Notes under the pieces: model-generated
Databases searched by the model: none
Seen by the model: the letters and a program-made list of their open reading frames with translations, nothing else
Told to the model about the DNA's origin: nothing
Source of the DNA: an uncultured Acidobacteriota bacterium
GTDB taxonomy: Bacteria; Acidobacteriota; Vicinamibacteria; Marinacidobacterales; Marinacidobacteraceae
Length of the DNA stretch: 39,365 nt
NCBI GenBank assembly: GCA_964448205.1
Contig: CAYUVU010000332.1
Span: forward strand, 1-39,365
Direction of reading: 5' to 3'
Made by a program: the position numbers and the translations under genes
Part shown: positions 7,474 to 17,214 of the stretch, piece after piece
Layout: every line of letters starts with the position of its first letter
Position numbering within the stretch: the stretch's first letter is position 1

Positions 7474-10400
7474 ATGGCTCTTCGGCAACTGAGATTCACC
7501 CGCGCGGCGCTCGCCGGCCTGGCGGCGCTCGCCCTCGCCGCGCCCGGTTTCGCCCAGGATCTGCGGCTCGACGCATCCCACCTCCGGACCATGGAGTGGC
7601 GCAACATCGGGCCGCTGCGCGGCGGCCGCTCGCTCTCCTGCACCGGCAGTCCCGGCCGGCGCCACGAGTACTACTTCGGGGCCACCGGCGGCGGCCTCTG
7701 GAAGACCCTCGACTCGGGGACCACATGGTTCCCGGTGACCGACGGCCAGATCTCGAGTTCCTCGATCGGCGCCGTCGCGGTGGCGGAGACCAATCCCGAC
7801 GTCATCTTCATCGGCGGGGGCGAGACCCAGCTCCGGGGCAGCATCACCCAGGGCGACGGCGTCTACAAGAGTTCCGACGGCGGGGAGACCTGGCGCCACG
7901 TGGGCCTCCGGGATACCCAGGCGGTCGCCCGCATCCGGATCCACCCGGTGAACCCCGACATCGTCTATGTGGCGGCGCTCGGCCATCCCTACGGCGACAA
8001 CGAGGAACGCGGCGTCTTCCGGTCCCGCGACGGCGGCAGCACCTGGGAACGGATCCTCTTCGTCAGCCCGGGGGCGGGAGCGGCCGACCTCATCATCGAC
8101 CGGACGAATCCGGACGTTCTCTACGCGAGCATCTGGCAGGTGTACCGCAAGGCCTGGAAGATGTGGGGCGGGGGTCCCGACTCCGGTCTCTACCGCTCGG
8201 ACGACGGCGGCGACACCTGGACCGAACTCACGGAGAACCCGGGCATGCCGGCCGGCCCCATCGGCAAGATCGGCGTCACCGTTTCCCCGGCGGATCCCGA
8301 CCGGGTCTGGGCGATCGTGGAGGCCCCGGAGGGCGGGGTCTTCCGGTCCGAGGACGGCGGCGCGACCTGGCGGCTCACCAACAACGAGCGCAAGCTGCGC
8401 CAGCGCGCCTTCTACTACTCCCGGGTCTACGCGGATCCGGTGGACGTGGACACGGTGTACGCGCTGAACACGGGCTTTTACAAGTCGACGGACGGGGGGG
8501 AGACCTTCGACCACGTGATCCGGCCGCCCCACGGGGACCAGCACGACCTCTGGATCGATCCCAACAACCCCATGCGGATGTGCAACTCCAACGACGGCGG
8601 GGGCAACGTGAGCGTGAACGGCGGGGAGACCTGGACCGGTCAGGCCTACTCGACCACCCAGCTCTACCACGTGAACGTGACGAACGACTTCCCGTACCAC
8701 GTCTGCGGCGCCCAGCAGGACAACACCACGCTCTGCACCCCCAGCGAGGGCTGGGACCACATGCAGGCGCGCGGTCCGGGCAGCCGCTGGTACTACGACG
8801 CCGGGGGCGGCGAGAGCGGCTACATCACCCAGCATCCGTCGAACCTGGACGTCTTCTACGCCGGCAGCCAGGGAGCGCTGCTGACCCGCTACAACCGCGC
8901 GAACGGCCAGATCCGCGACATCCAGGTGTACCCGCGGTTCTTCTCCGGGGAACCGGCGAGCGCGCTGCCCGACCGCTGGCAGTGGACCTTCCCGATCGTC
9001 TTCTCGCCGCTCGACGAGAACCGGCTCTACACGAGCTCGCAGTTCCTCTACCTCACGACCGACGACGGCCAGTCCTGGACGAAGATCAGCCCGGATCTGA
9101 CCTACGCCGATCCGGAGACGCTCGGCGAGACCGGCGGCGTCATCACGATGGACATGAACGGCCCCGAGATCTACGCGACGATCTTCGCGGTCGTCCCTTC
9201 GCAGCACGACATCGACACGATCTGGGCCGGCTCGGATGACGGACAGATCCACGTCACCCGGGATCACGGGGCGAACTGGACGGAGATCACCCCGGCCGAC
9301 CTTCCGAAGTTCAGCCGGGTCAGCATCATCGAGGAGTCGTCGCACCGGCCGGGCACCATCTTCGTGGCGGCCAACCGCTATCAGGTGGACGACCGCGAGC
9401 CCTACGTCTTCCGGACGACCGACTACGGCGCCACCTGGACGAAGATCGTGAACGGCATCGCCCCCGGGCACTTCGCGCGGGCGGTCCGGGAGGACCCGGT
9501 GCGGCAGGGGCTGCTCTTCCTCGGGACCGAGCACGGGGTGTACGCCTCCTGGGACGACGGGGACCAGTGGGTGTCCCTCCAGCAGAACCTTCCGGACACG
9601 CCCATCCGCGACCTGGTGGTCAAGGACGCGGACGTGGTGCTCGGCACCCACGGCCGCGGGTTCTGGATCCTCGACGACATCCAGCCGCTCCGGCAGTACA
9701 CCCCCGAGTCGCTGAACGCCACGCTGACGGTCTTCGATCCCGACCCGGCGGTGCGCGGCGTCCAGGACGGGATCGTCCAGTACCACCTCGCGGAGGAGGT
9801 GGACTCGGTGGTGGTGGAGATCCACGACGCGGGCGGGACGCTGGTGGACCGCTTCGAGGGCACCGAGCCGGACTTCGAGGCGGAGCCGGATTTCTCGTGG
9901 TTCCGGGTGCGTCAATCTTCCGTCCCCACCACCGGCCAGGGGCTCAACCGCTTCGTCTGGAGCGGCCGCTACCGGGGCGCCGTCGAGTTCGACGGGATGA
10001 TCCTCTGGAGCGCGCGGGCCACCAGCGGTCCGAAGGCGCCTCCGGGCGAGTACCGGGTGAGCGTCACCGCGGCCGGCGTCACGGAGACCACGAACCTGAC
10101 GCTGACCGCGGATCCCCGCCTCAAGGGCGTGACCACCGCCGACCTCGTGGAGCAGTTCGAACTCGCCAGCCGGATCCGGGACCGGACGTCCGAGGCGAAC
10201 GAGGCCGTGATCCAGATCCGGGACGTCCGCGTTCAGCTCGAGGAGCGGCTGGAAGGGTCGAGCGACCAGGGTCTGATCGCCGACGGCGGCCGGCTGCTCG
10301 AGGAGATGACCGAGGTCGAGGAAGCGATCTACCAGACGAAGAACCGCAGCAACCAGGATCCGCTGAACTTCCCGATCCGGCTGAACAACCGGCTCGCGTC

Positions 10401-10599
10401 GCTTCGCCGCAGCGTGGAGACCGGCGACGCGAAGCCCACGGACGGCGCCTACGCGGTCTTCGAGGAGTTGTCAGGCGAGCTGGATGAGCACCTGGGACGG
10501 CTCGGCGGGCTGCTCGGCGAACGCCTCGACGGCATCAACGGGAGGATCACCGCCGGCGGCGCCGATCCGGTGGACGCCGGGCGCTGGAAGGAGCAGTAG
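7474..10599 (+). CDS. Secreted BNR/Asp-box (VPS10/sortilin-like) glycosyl hydrolase-type protein
   Basis: Signal peptide, WRNIGP..GGR, many SxDGGxTW Asp-boxes, C-terminal helical region; AGGAGG RBS. Confidence 0.9.
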   Translation: MALRQLRFTRAALAGLAALALAAPGFAQDLRLDASHLRTMEWRNIGPLRGGRSLSCTGSPGRRHEYYFGATGGGLWKTLDSGTTWFPVTDGQISSSSIGAVAVAETNPDVIFIGGGETQLRGSITQGDGVYKSSDGGETWRHVGLRDTQAVARIRIHPVNPDIVYVAALGHPYGDNEERGVFRSRDGGSTWERILFVSPGAGAADLIIDRTNPDVLYASIWQVYRKAWKMWGGGPDSGLYRSDDGGDTWTELTENPGMPAGPIGKIGVTVSPADPDRVWAIVEAPEGGVFRSEDGGATWRLTNNERKLRQRAFYYSRVYADPVDVDTVYALNTGFYKSTDGGETFDHVIRPPHGDQHDLWIDPNNPMRMCNSNDGGGNVSVNGGETWTGQAYSTTQLYHVNVTNDFPYHVCGAQQDNTTLCTPSEGWDHMQARGPGSRWYYDAGGGESGYITQHPSNLDVFYAGSQGALLTRYNRANGQIRDIQVYPRFFSGEPASALPDRWQWTFPIVFSPLDENRLYTSSQFLYLTTDDGQSWTKISPDLTYADPETLGETGGVITMDMNGPEIYATIFAVVPSQHDIDTIWAGSDDGQIHVTRDHGANWTEITPADLPKFSRVSIIEESSHRPGTIFVAANRYQVDDREPYVFRTTDYGATWTKIVNGIAPGHFARAVREDPVRQGLLFLGTEHGVYASWDDGDQWVSLQQNLPDTPIRDLVVKDADVVLGTHGRGFWILDDIQPLRQYTPESLNATLTVFDPDPAVRGVQDGIVQYHLAEEVDSVVVEIHDAGGTLVDRFEGTEPDFEAEPDFSWFRVRQSSVPTTGQGLNRFVWSGRYRGAVEFDGMILWSARATSGPKAPPGEYRVSVTAAGVTETTNLTLTADPRLKGVTTADLVEQFELASRIRDRTSEANEAVIQIRDVRVQLEERLEGSSDQGLIADGGRLLEEMTEVEEAIYQTKNRSNQDPLNFPIRLNNRLASLRRSVETGDAKPTDGAYAVFEELSGELDEHLGRLGGLLGERLDGINGRITAGGADPVDAGRWKEQ

Positions 10600-10617
10600 C
10601 GGCTTCCCCCGGCGCGC

Positions 10618-11208
10618 TCAGGGCCGGCCGCCCGCGAACACCGCGGCTTCGCGGGCGGCCGGTGGTTCCCCGGGGGCGAACGCCGGGGCCGCGAGCAGGT
10701 CCACCTCGTTCGTGAGCATCCGCTCGCCGTCGAAGACGAACCGGCCCGAGAACGGTTGCCGGCGCAGGAGGAGCGGGAGCCAGACGGCGTCGTCTTCCCA
10801 CATGCGCTCGTAGGGGATGGACTCGAGGTCCGCCCAGAGCGGCGTCGCTTCGGCGGTCGCTTCGGGCTCGCCGGTAAACCCGTCGGCGCGGAACACGTAG
10901 ACGTGGATCGAATAGCCGTCCACGAACTGGAAGCGCAGTTCCCCGGCGGGACGAATCCCGGTGGGGCGGATCCGGACCTCCTCCTCCGCCTCGCGGACCG
11001 CCGCCGCGCGTGGCGTCTCGCCGGGTTCCAGCCGTCCGCCGGGTCCGTTGACCTTCCCCTGTCCCAGTCCCCGGTGTTTCTCGATCAGCAGGATGCGGCC
11101 GCCCGCGACGACAAAGAGCAGGGTGGCGCGTTCCTCGGGCGTCCAGCCGTCCCAGGAGAACGTCCGGAAGAACGCCCGCGCCTCGGCGGAGATGCCGTTT
11201 TCCGTCAA
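10618..11208 (-). CDS. Nudix hydrolase, MTH1-like 8-oxo-dGTP diphosphatase
   Basis: [24 protein letters not shown] Nudix box, [13 protein letters not shown]; TTG start overlaps the upstream TGA. Confidence 0.85.
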   Translation of the reverse strand: MTENGISAEARAFFRTFSWDGWTPEERATLLFVVAGGRILLIEKHRGLGQGKVNGPGGRLEPGETPRAAAVREAEEEVRIRPTGIRPAGELRFQFVDGYSIHVYVFRADGFTGEPEATAEATPLWADLESIPYERMWEDDAVWLPLLLRRQPFSGRFVFDGERMLTNEVDLLAAPAFAPGEPPAAREAAVFAGGRP

Positions 11209-12206
11209 CTGCCGTCCCAGCCGACTCCCGAGAGGCGGCCGAGCAGCGACCCCTCGCCCTTGCCGCCGCCGCCGGTTTGCGGCGCGGCCTGGTGGATCCG
11301 GCCCGCCAGGCGGCTGAACGGCAGCGACTGCAGCCAGACCCATCCGGGGCCGGTAAGGCTCGCGAAGAAGAAGCCTTCGCCGCCGAAGATGGCGGACTTG
11401 ATGCCGCCCACGAACTGGATGTCGTAGTTGACCGAGGGGGCCAGCGCGACGAGACACCCGGTGTCCACGCGCAGGTTCTCGCCGGCGGCCAGCTCGCGCT
11501 TCACGACCGTGCCGCCGGCGTGGAGGAAGGCCAGCCCGTCGCCCTCGAGCGACTGCATGATGAAGCCCTCGCCGCCGAACAGCGCCGTCCCGATCTTGCG
11601 CTGGAACGCGATGCCGATCGAGACGCCCTTGGCGCCGCAGAGGAACGCGTCCTTCTGGGCGATGAGCCGCCCGCCCAGTTCGTCCAGTTGCACCGGCAGG
11701 ATCTTGCCCGGATAGGGCGAGGCGAACGCCACGTGCTGTTTCCCGCCGCCCTGGTTCACGAACTCGGTCATGAACAGGCTCTCGCCGGTGAGCAGCCGCT
11801 TGCCGGCGCCCAGCATCTTGTCCATGAAGCCGGTCTGGTTCCCGTCGCCGAAGATCGTCTGCATCTCGATACCGGCGCTCATGAACATCATGGCTCCCGC
11901 TTCGGCCACGGCCCCTTCGCCGGGGTCGAGCTCGACCTCCACGAACTGCATCTCCTCGCCGAAGATCCGGTAGTCCACCTCGTGCATCCGGCGCGGCGCC
12001 GGGGGACGCGGCGGGACCGAGCCGTTACCGATGCCGGTCCGCAGCTCCGGGACATCGGAGGCCGGCGTCCAGGAGCTTTCTCCGAGCGGGCACACCAGCG
12101 TGCCCGCGGTCCAGCGGCCGCTCTGGAGGGACTGCCGGACGTCGGCCGTCGAGAACGGGCCGAGCGTCCGGCCTCCTTCGGCTACGTACCATTGACTGGT
12201 TGACAT
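11205..12206 (-). CDS. AIM24/TIGR00266 family protein with N-terminal GYF_2 domain
   Basis: WYVA..GPFS N-terminus; [22 protein letters not shown] repeats, [11 protein letters not shown]; AAGGAG RBS. Confidence 0.9.
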   Translation of the reverse strand: MSTSQWYVAEGGRTLGPFSTADVRQSLQSGRWTAGTLVCPLGESSWTPASDVPELRTGIGNGSVPPRPPAPRRMHEVDYRIFGEEMQFVEVELDPGEGAVAEAGAMMFMSAGIEMQTIFGDGNQTGFMDKMLGAGKRLLTGESLFMTEFVNQGGGKQHVAFASPYPGKILPVQLDELGGRLIAQKDAFLCGAKGVSIGIAFQRKIGTALFGGEGFIMQSLEGDGLAFLHAGGTVVKRELAAGENLRVDTGCLVALAPSVNYDIQFVGGIKSAIFGGEGFFFASLTGPGWVWLQSLPFSRLAGRIHQAAPQTGGGGKGEGSLLGRLSGVGWDGS

Positions 12207-12246
12207 GTTTTCTCCTTTCGCGACCGCCGCCGTGCCCGCCGCGTCC

Positions 12247-12375
12247 TCAGCCCCCTCCGCAGTGAAACAGGAGGAGTCCGCCGAGGGCGAGCGCCGCCAG
12301 GACGATGGGCGCAAGAGCCACTACGAAGTGCCAGCGCTTCGGGTTCGGTCCGTTCGTGCCCGCCGGCCGGTTCAT
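12247..12375 (-). CDS. 42-aa single-pass membrane micro-protein (absent from ORF track)
   Basis: [42 protein letters not shown]; TAGAGT box 6 nt before the ATG. Confidence 0.55.
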   Translation of the reverse strand: MNRPAGTNGPNPKRWHFVVALAPIVLAALALGGLLLFHCGGG

Positions 12376-12428
12376 CGCGCCACTCTAACGGCCCCGGCGG
12401 GGTTCCCGGCCCGCTGACCGCGAGACGA

Positions 12429-13811
12429 ATGAAGGCTCCGCCCGCTCCGCCGCCGCCTTCCGATCGGCTGCGCGCTGACCTCCTGGAGATTCACCGGGCG
12501 GCGCTCCGCGCCGCCGATCCGGAGCGGATCCTCGAACGGGACCTCCGGGGAGATACGGCGTCCGGCTGGACCTTCCGGGGCCGTCCCCTGCTGCCTCCCC
12601 CGCGGACGAAGGGGGAACCGATCTTCCTGTTCGGGGCCGGCAAGGCGGCCGCCGCGCTCGCCAGGGGCGTCCGGCGCGGGCTCGGCGGGGAGGCCGTCGG
12701 CGGGAGGATCATCGTGAAGCACGGTCACCGGCTCGAGGTGCCCGGGGTGGCGGTCGAGGAGGCGGGACATCCGGTCCCGGACGCCCACTCGGTCGCGGCG
12801 ACGGAGCGATTGCTCGCGGACCTTCGGGAGAGCGGCGAGCGCGGCCGGGTCCTGGTGCTGCTGACCGGGGGGGCGTCGGCGCTGCTGGTGGCGCCGGCGG
12901 CGGGCATCACCCTGGAAGACAAGTCGCGGGTCAGTTCCCTGCTGCTCGCCTGCGGCGCCGACATCCACGAGATCAACACCGTCCGCAAACACCTCTCCGC
13001 GGTCAAGGGCGGCGGGCTCATCCCCCTGCTGCCGCCGGGGCGAGCCGGGGCGCTCGTGATCTCCGACGTGATCGGCGACCAGTTGACCTCCATCGGTTCC
13101 GGGCCGGCCACGGGCGATCCCACGACGTTCGGCGATGCGCTGGGAGTGCTCGAGAAGTTCGGCCTGGCGGAGCGGGTCCCGCCAGCGGTGATCCACCGCC
13201 TTTGCGCCGGCGTCGCCGGGGCGGTTCCGGAGACACCCGATGCGCCCGGCGAAGCGGTTCCCCACCACATCGTGGCCAGCAACTTCCATTCGCTCCGCGC
13301 CGCCGGGGAGGAAGCGGCCCGGCTCGGCTACCGCACCGAGGTCTTCGGCCGGGACCTCGCGGGCGAGGTCCACCACACCGCCCGCCGGTTCGCGCACCGC
13401 CTGGCCGCCCTTGGTTCGGAACCGGCGCCGGCGGCGCTGCTCGCGGGGGGAGAGCTGACCCTCAAGGTGACGGGAGACGGCCGCGGGGGACGGAGCCAGG
13501 AGTTCGCGCTGGTGGCGGCGCGGCAGCTGGAGGGCGTTTCCGGAGCCGCGCTGCTCGCCGCGGGGACCGACGGCACCGACGGCCCCACGGACGCGGCCGG
13601 GGCCTTCGCGGACGGAACGTCGTGGAGCCGGGCCCGGCAGCGAGGCCTCGATCCGGCGACCGCGCTCCGGAACAACGATTCCTGGTCCCTCTTCCGGGCA
13701 ACGGGCGACCTGCTGGTCACCGGCCCCACGGGGACGAATGTCATGGACCTGATGGTGGGACTGACGGCCGGTGATCCAGACCCCGCGAGCGGGCGGAGTC
13801 CGGCGGACTAG
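12429..13811 (+). CDS. Glycerate 2-kinase / TtuD-type MOFRL protein
   Basis: GAGKAA, EAGHPVPD, LTGGASAL, INTVRKHLSAVKGG, SDVIGD, GTDGTDG, TGPTGTNVMDL. Confidence 0.93.
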   Translation: MKAPPAPPPPSDRLRADLLEIHRAALRAADPERILERDLRGDTASGWTFRGRPLLPPPRTKGEPIFLFGAGKAAAALARGVRRGLGGEAVGGRIIVKHGHRLEVPGVAVEEAGHPVPDAHSVAATERLLADLRESGERGRVLVLLTGGASALLVAPAAGITLEDKSRVSSLLLACGADIHEINTVRKHLSAVKGGGLIPLLPPGRAGALVISDVIGDQLTSIGSGPATGDPTTFGDALGVLEKFGLAERVPPAVIHRLCAGVAGAVPETPDAPGEAVPHHIVASNFHSLRAAGEEAARLGYRTEVFGRDLAGEVHHTARRFAHRLAALGSEPAPAALLAGGELTLKVTGDGRGGRSQEFALVAARQLEGVSGAALLAAGTDGTDGPTDAAGAFADGTSWSRARQRGLDPATALRNNDSWSLFRATGDLLVTGPTGTNVMDLMVGLTAGDPDPASGRSPAD

Positions 13812-14509
13812 CCGGGGCCTGTTCTCTCCGCTCGCACCCGGCGCGACGCCGCGGGCCGCCTTTCCGTTCGGTGGCGGCGCCCGGCGAGCGAGGTGCGGAG
13901 CGCCCGTTTGATCAGCGTGATCCGGCGGCCCACCGAGGAAGCGCTGAGCGGCACCGCCCGCAGGCGCGCGATCTGCGGGATGCTGCAGCGGTCCCGGAAG
14001 TAGAGCTGGAACAGCAGCCGGTTCAGGGCCTGCTGGCGTTCGTCCAGGGAGATCCGCCGCAGGATCGTCTCGACGCACTCGTTCATCTCCCGCATCCGGA
14101 CGGCGGCCTCCGGATCGTCACCCGTATCTTCGATCGGGCTTTCCGCCAGCGCCGCTTCGAGCCGCCACGCCTCATCGGCCGGAAAGGACTGCTCGACGTG
14201 TCGCCGGTAGCCGTCGCGCCGGAACTGGTCCCGAACGATGTTCTCGGCAATCCGGCGGATGAAGACCTCGAACGTCTCCTCGCGCCTCCCGGCGAAGCTG
14301 CGGATCACCCGGCGCCCGTCGGAGACGAGCCGCTCCATGACGTCCTGCGACAGGTCGTCCACGGCGCCGCGATCCATGCGCCGGCGGCCCGCAAAGCGCG
14401 CGTGCACGACCACCCCGATGAGGGCTCGGCAGCGCCGGAACAGAACTCCCCACAGGGGATCGTCCGGACGCGCCGCCACCAGGCGGCGAAACAGCTCCCA
14501 GGAGTCCAT
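13808..14509 (-). CDS. ECF-type sigma-70 factor (divergent)
   Basis: Region 2 DDLSQDV...FIRRIAENIVRDQFRR; region 4 HTH LYFRDRCSIPQIA...SVGRRI. Confidence 0.75.
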   Translation of the reverse strand: MDSWELFRRLVAARPDDPLWGVLFRRCRALIGVVVHARFAGRRRMDRGAVDDLSQDVMERLVSDGRRVIRSFAGRREETFEVFIRRIAENIVRDQFRRDGYRRHVEQSFPADEAWRLEAALAESPIEDTGDDPEAAVRMREMNECVETILRRISLDERQQALNRLLFQLYFRDRCSIPQIARLRAVPLSASSVGRRITLIKRALRTSLAGRRHRTERRPAASRRVRAERTGPG

Positions 14510-14594
14510 GCGCAGCGAAAGCAGGGGAGTCTATTGCCTCGAAACCATCTCGGGACACCCTGTTCGTCCCCTGTTTTGAATACGTTACGCCAAA

Positions 14595-15002
14595 TTACAG
14601 CGGAGCGGCCACCCCCTTGCCGCCGCGGTCTCTCCCGGATGAGCCGACCAGCGCGACCGCCGTTACGGCGGCCAGCAGACCGTCCGAAGCGGCGAACGCC
14701 AGGAACAGGGCCGGGGAGTCCCTGAGCAGGAAGTCCAGCACGAAGAGCAGGGCCCCGCCCCCCTTGAGCACGGGTCCCATGAGCCAGATGTACCAGCGGT
14801 TCGCTTCCAGGTTCCTCAGGATCGCGAAGTACCCGAGGCCGACCGCGAGGGCGAAGAGTCCGTTCAGGTTCGCGTGGATCGGGAAGCGGGGCGGCTCGGT
14901 GCCGAACAACTGCCGGACCTCGTCGAGGGCGAAGAGCAGCGCGCCGCCCAGGAGCACGTCGTAGATGCCGCTGACGACGACGACGCCAAGGAGCAACCTC
15001 AT
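14595..15002 (-). CDS. Hypothetical 4-TM membrane protein
   Basis: Four hydrophobic segments; TACCCT box 6 nt before the ATG. Confidence 0.75.
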   Translation of the reverse strand: MRLLLGVVVVSGIYDVLLGGALLFALDEVRQLFGTEPPRFPIHANLNGLFALAVGLGYFAILRNLEANRWYIWLMGPVLKGGGALLFVLDFLLRDSPALFLAFAASDGLLAAVTAVALVGSSGRDRGGKGVAAPL

Positions 15003-15200
15003 CGGCCAAGGGTAACGGCGCGCGGTGACCCCCCGCGAAGGGCCGCCGGCGGCCTGTCATCCGCCCATTACAGGCAATTGGGCCCCGGCTATACTGCCTG
15101 ACTGCCCCGTGTGGAAGACCGCATGCGGCGCCCGGGTATCGGCGGGGTGCGCGCGCGGCATTGCGATGGTCCAGGTCCGCGGGGGCTCCGCAGCAGTTCC

Positions 15201-15737
15201 GTGCCCTCCCCGTTCCACTCAACGACCGTTCTGGCTGTCCGCCGCGGCGGGAGTACGACGCTCGCCGCCGACGGGCAGGTCACCCTGGGGGACATCGTGG
15301 TGAAACACGGGGCGCGCAAGCTGCGCCGCATGAGCGACGGAGCGATCCTCGCCGGTTTCGCCGGCGCCACCGCGGATGCCCAGGCGCTGTTCGCGAAGTT
15401 CGAGACCAAGCTCGAAGCCCACCGGGGGAACCTGGAACGCGCGTGCGTGGAGCTCGCCCAGGACTGGCGCACCGACCGGGTGCTCCGCCATCTGGATGCC
15501 CTGCTCCTCGTTGCCGACAAGGACCACGTCTTCCTGCTTTCGGGCGACGGCGACCTCATGCAGCCCGACGACGGCATCATGGCGATCGGCGCGGGCGCGC
15601 CCTTCGCGATGGCGGCGGCGCGCGCCCTCGCGTCCCGCACCGAACTCACCGCCCGGGAGATCGCCGAGGAGGCGATGCGCGTCACCGACGGCATCTGCAT
15701 CTACACGAACGGTCAGGTGATCTACGAAGAGGTGTGA
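15201..15737 (+). CDS. hslV: ATP-dependent protease subunit HslV
   Basis: HSTTVLAV, AADGQVT, AGFAGATADA, WRTDRVLR, ICIYTN; start approximate (GTG 15201). Confidence 0.95.
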   Translation: MPSPFHSTTVLAVRRGGSTTLAADGQVTLGDIVVKHGARKLRRMSDGAILAGFAGATADAQALFAKFETKLEAHRGNLERACVELAQDWRTDRVLRHLDALLLVADKDHVFLLSGDGDLMQPDDGIMAIGAGAPFAMAAARALASRTELTAREIAEEAMRVTDGICIYTNGQVIYEEV

Positions 15738-15761
15738 CTTCTGGTCGAGTATCTCCCCCCC

Positions 15762-17180
15762 GTGGGCAAGGGACCTGCCGCTGACATCGGCGATCCCACG
15801 CCGCGCGAGATCGTCGAGGACCTGGACCGCTTCGTCATCGGTCAGGCGGCGGCGAAGCGGGCGGTGGCCGTGGCGCTCCGCAACCGGGCCCGCCGTCTTC
15901 ACATCGAGCCCGAGCTGGCCGAGGAGATTGCGCCCAAGAACATCATCATGATCGGGCCCACGGGAGTGGGGAAGACGGAGATCGCGCGGCGGCTGGCCCG
16001 GCTCTCCCGGTCCCCGTTCGTGAAGGTGGAGGCGTCCAAGTTCACGGAAGTGGGCTACGTGGGGCGCGACGTGGAGTCCATGGTTCGGGACCTCGTGGAG
16101 GTCTCCGTCGAGATCCTCCGCGAGGAGCTGCTCGAGGAGGTCCGGGACCAGGTGGAACGGAACGCCGAGGAGCGGCTCCTCGACGTGTTGCTGCCGCCCG
16201 CGCCCGCGGAGCGGTTCACCGGCGAGGAAACTTCGCTCGAGGACCTCGACGTGGCGCTCGGCGACGGGCTCGACGACCCGGAGGCGGAAGACGTGCAGCG
16301 CGCCCGCCGCAGCCGGGAGAAGCTGCGCGAGCGGTTGCGGCGCGGGGAACTCGCGGACCGGTCGGTCGAGGTGGAGGTGCGGGAACCGCCGGCCCCGTTC
16401 CTGGAGGCCCTCTCCGGTCCCGGCGAGGACCTCGACGTCAATACCTCCGAGATGCTGCGGGGGGTCTTCGGGCCGCGGTATCGCAAGACGGAGATGGTCG
16501 TGCCGCAGGCGCTCGACTATTTCGCCCAGGAGGAGGAGGAACGCCTCGTGGACCGCCGCCAGCTGTCACGGCTGGCGCTCGAGCGGGCCGAGGAGCACGG
16601 GATCATCTTCATCGACGAGCTGGACAAGGTCGCGAGTCCCCACGACTCTCCCGGACCCGACGTCTCCCGGGAAGGCGTGCAGCGGGACCTGTTGCCCCTC
16701 CTCGACGGCTCGACGGTCTCGACGCGCTACGGATCGCTCCGGACGGACCACATCCTCTATATTGGCGCCGGAGCGTTTCAGGAGAACCGGCCATCGGACC
16801 TCATCCCGGAACTCCAGGGCCGATTCCCGATTCGGGTGGAACTGGACCCGCTGACCGTCGAGGACTTTCGGAGGATTCTGACCGAGCCGGAATCGGCGCT
16901 CCTCAAACAGTACGAGGCGCTGCTCGCCACCGAGGGCGTCACGATCTCGTTCCAGGAGGACGGAATCGCGGAGATCGCCGATGTTGCGGCCCAGGTCAAC
17001 GAGCGCGCCGAGGACATCGGAGCGAGAAGGCTCCATACGATTCTGGAAAAGGTCCTTGAGGAACTCCTCTTCGATGCCCCCGATCTCGACGACAAGAACT
17101 GGACGATCGATCGGGACTACGTCAAGCGGACGCTCGAGGGAATCGTGGAGGACGAGGACCTGTCGCGGTTCATCCTCTGA
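15762..17180 (+). CDS. hslU: ATP-dependent protease ATPase subunit HslU
   Basis: GPTGVGKT, KFTEVGYVG, FIDELDK, REGVQRDLL, GARRL, C-terminal DLSRFIL. Confidence 0.97.
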   Translation: MGKGPAADIGDPTPREIVEDLDRFVIGQAAAKRAVAVALRNRARRLHIEPELAEEIAPKNIIMIGPTGVGKTEIARRLARLSRSPFVKVEASKFTEVGYVGRDVESMVRDLVEVSVEILREELLEEVRDQVERNAEERLLDVLLPPAPAERFTGEETSLEDLDVALGDGLDDPEAEDVQRARRSREKLRERLRRGELADRSVEVEVREPPAPFLEALSGPGEDLDVNTSEMLRGVFGPRYRKTEMVVPQALDYFAQEEEERLVDRRQLSRLALERAEEHGIIFIDELDKVASPHDSPGPDVSREGVQRDLLPLLDGSTVSTRYGSLRTDHILYIGAGAFQENRPSDLIPELQGRFPIRVELDPLTVEDFRRILTEPESALLKQYEALLATEGVTISFQEDGIAEIADVAAQVNERAEDIGARRLHTILEKVLEELLFDAPDLDDKNWTIDRDYVKRTLEGIVEDEDLSRFIL

Positions 17181-17214
17181 CGGCGCGCCGGCTGCCGCCG
17201 ACCGCCGGGGCTCG

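Noticed and set aside
7456-9915. Long antisense ORFs (also 12372-14078, 17170-19764, 20046-23153, 23383-26502, 27597-29717, 31764-33227, 32797-34662)
   Set aside because: They mirror well-supported genes on the other strand; expected from stop-codon scarcity at high GC; no motifs.
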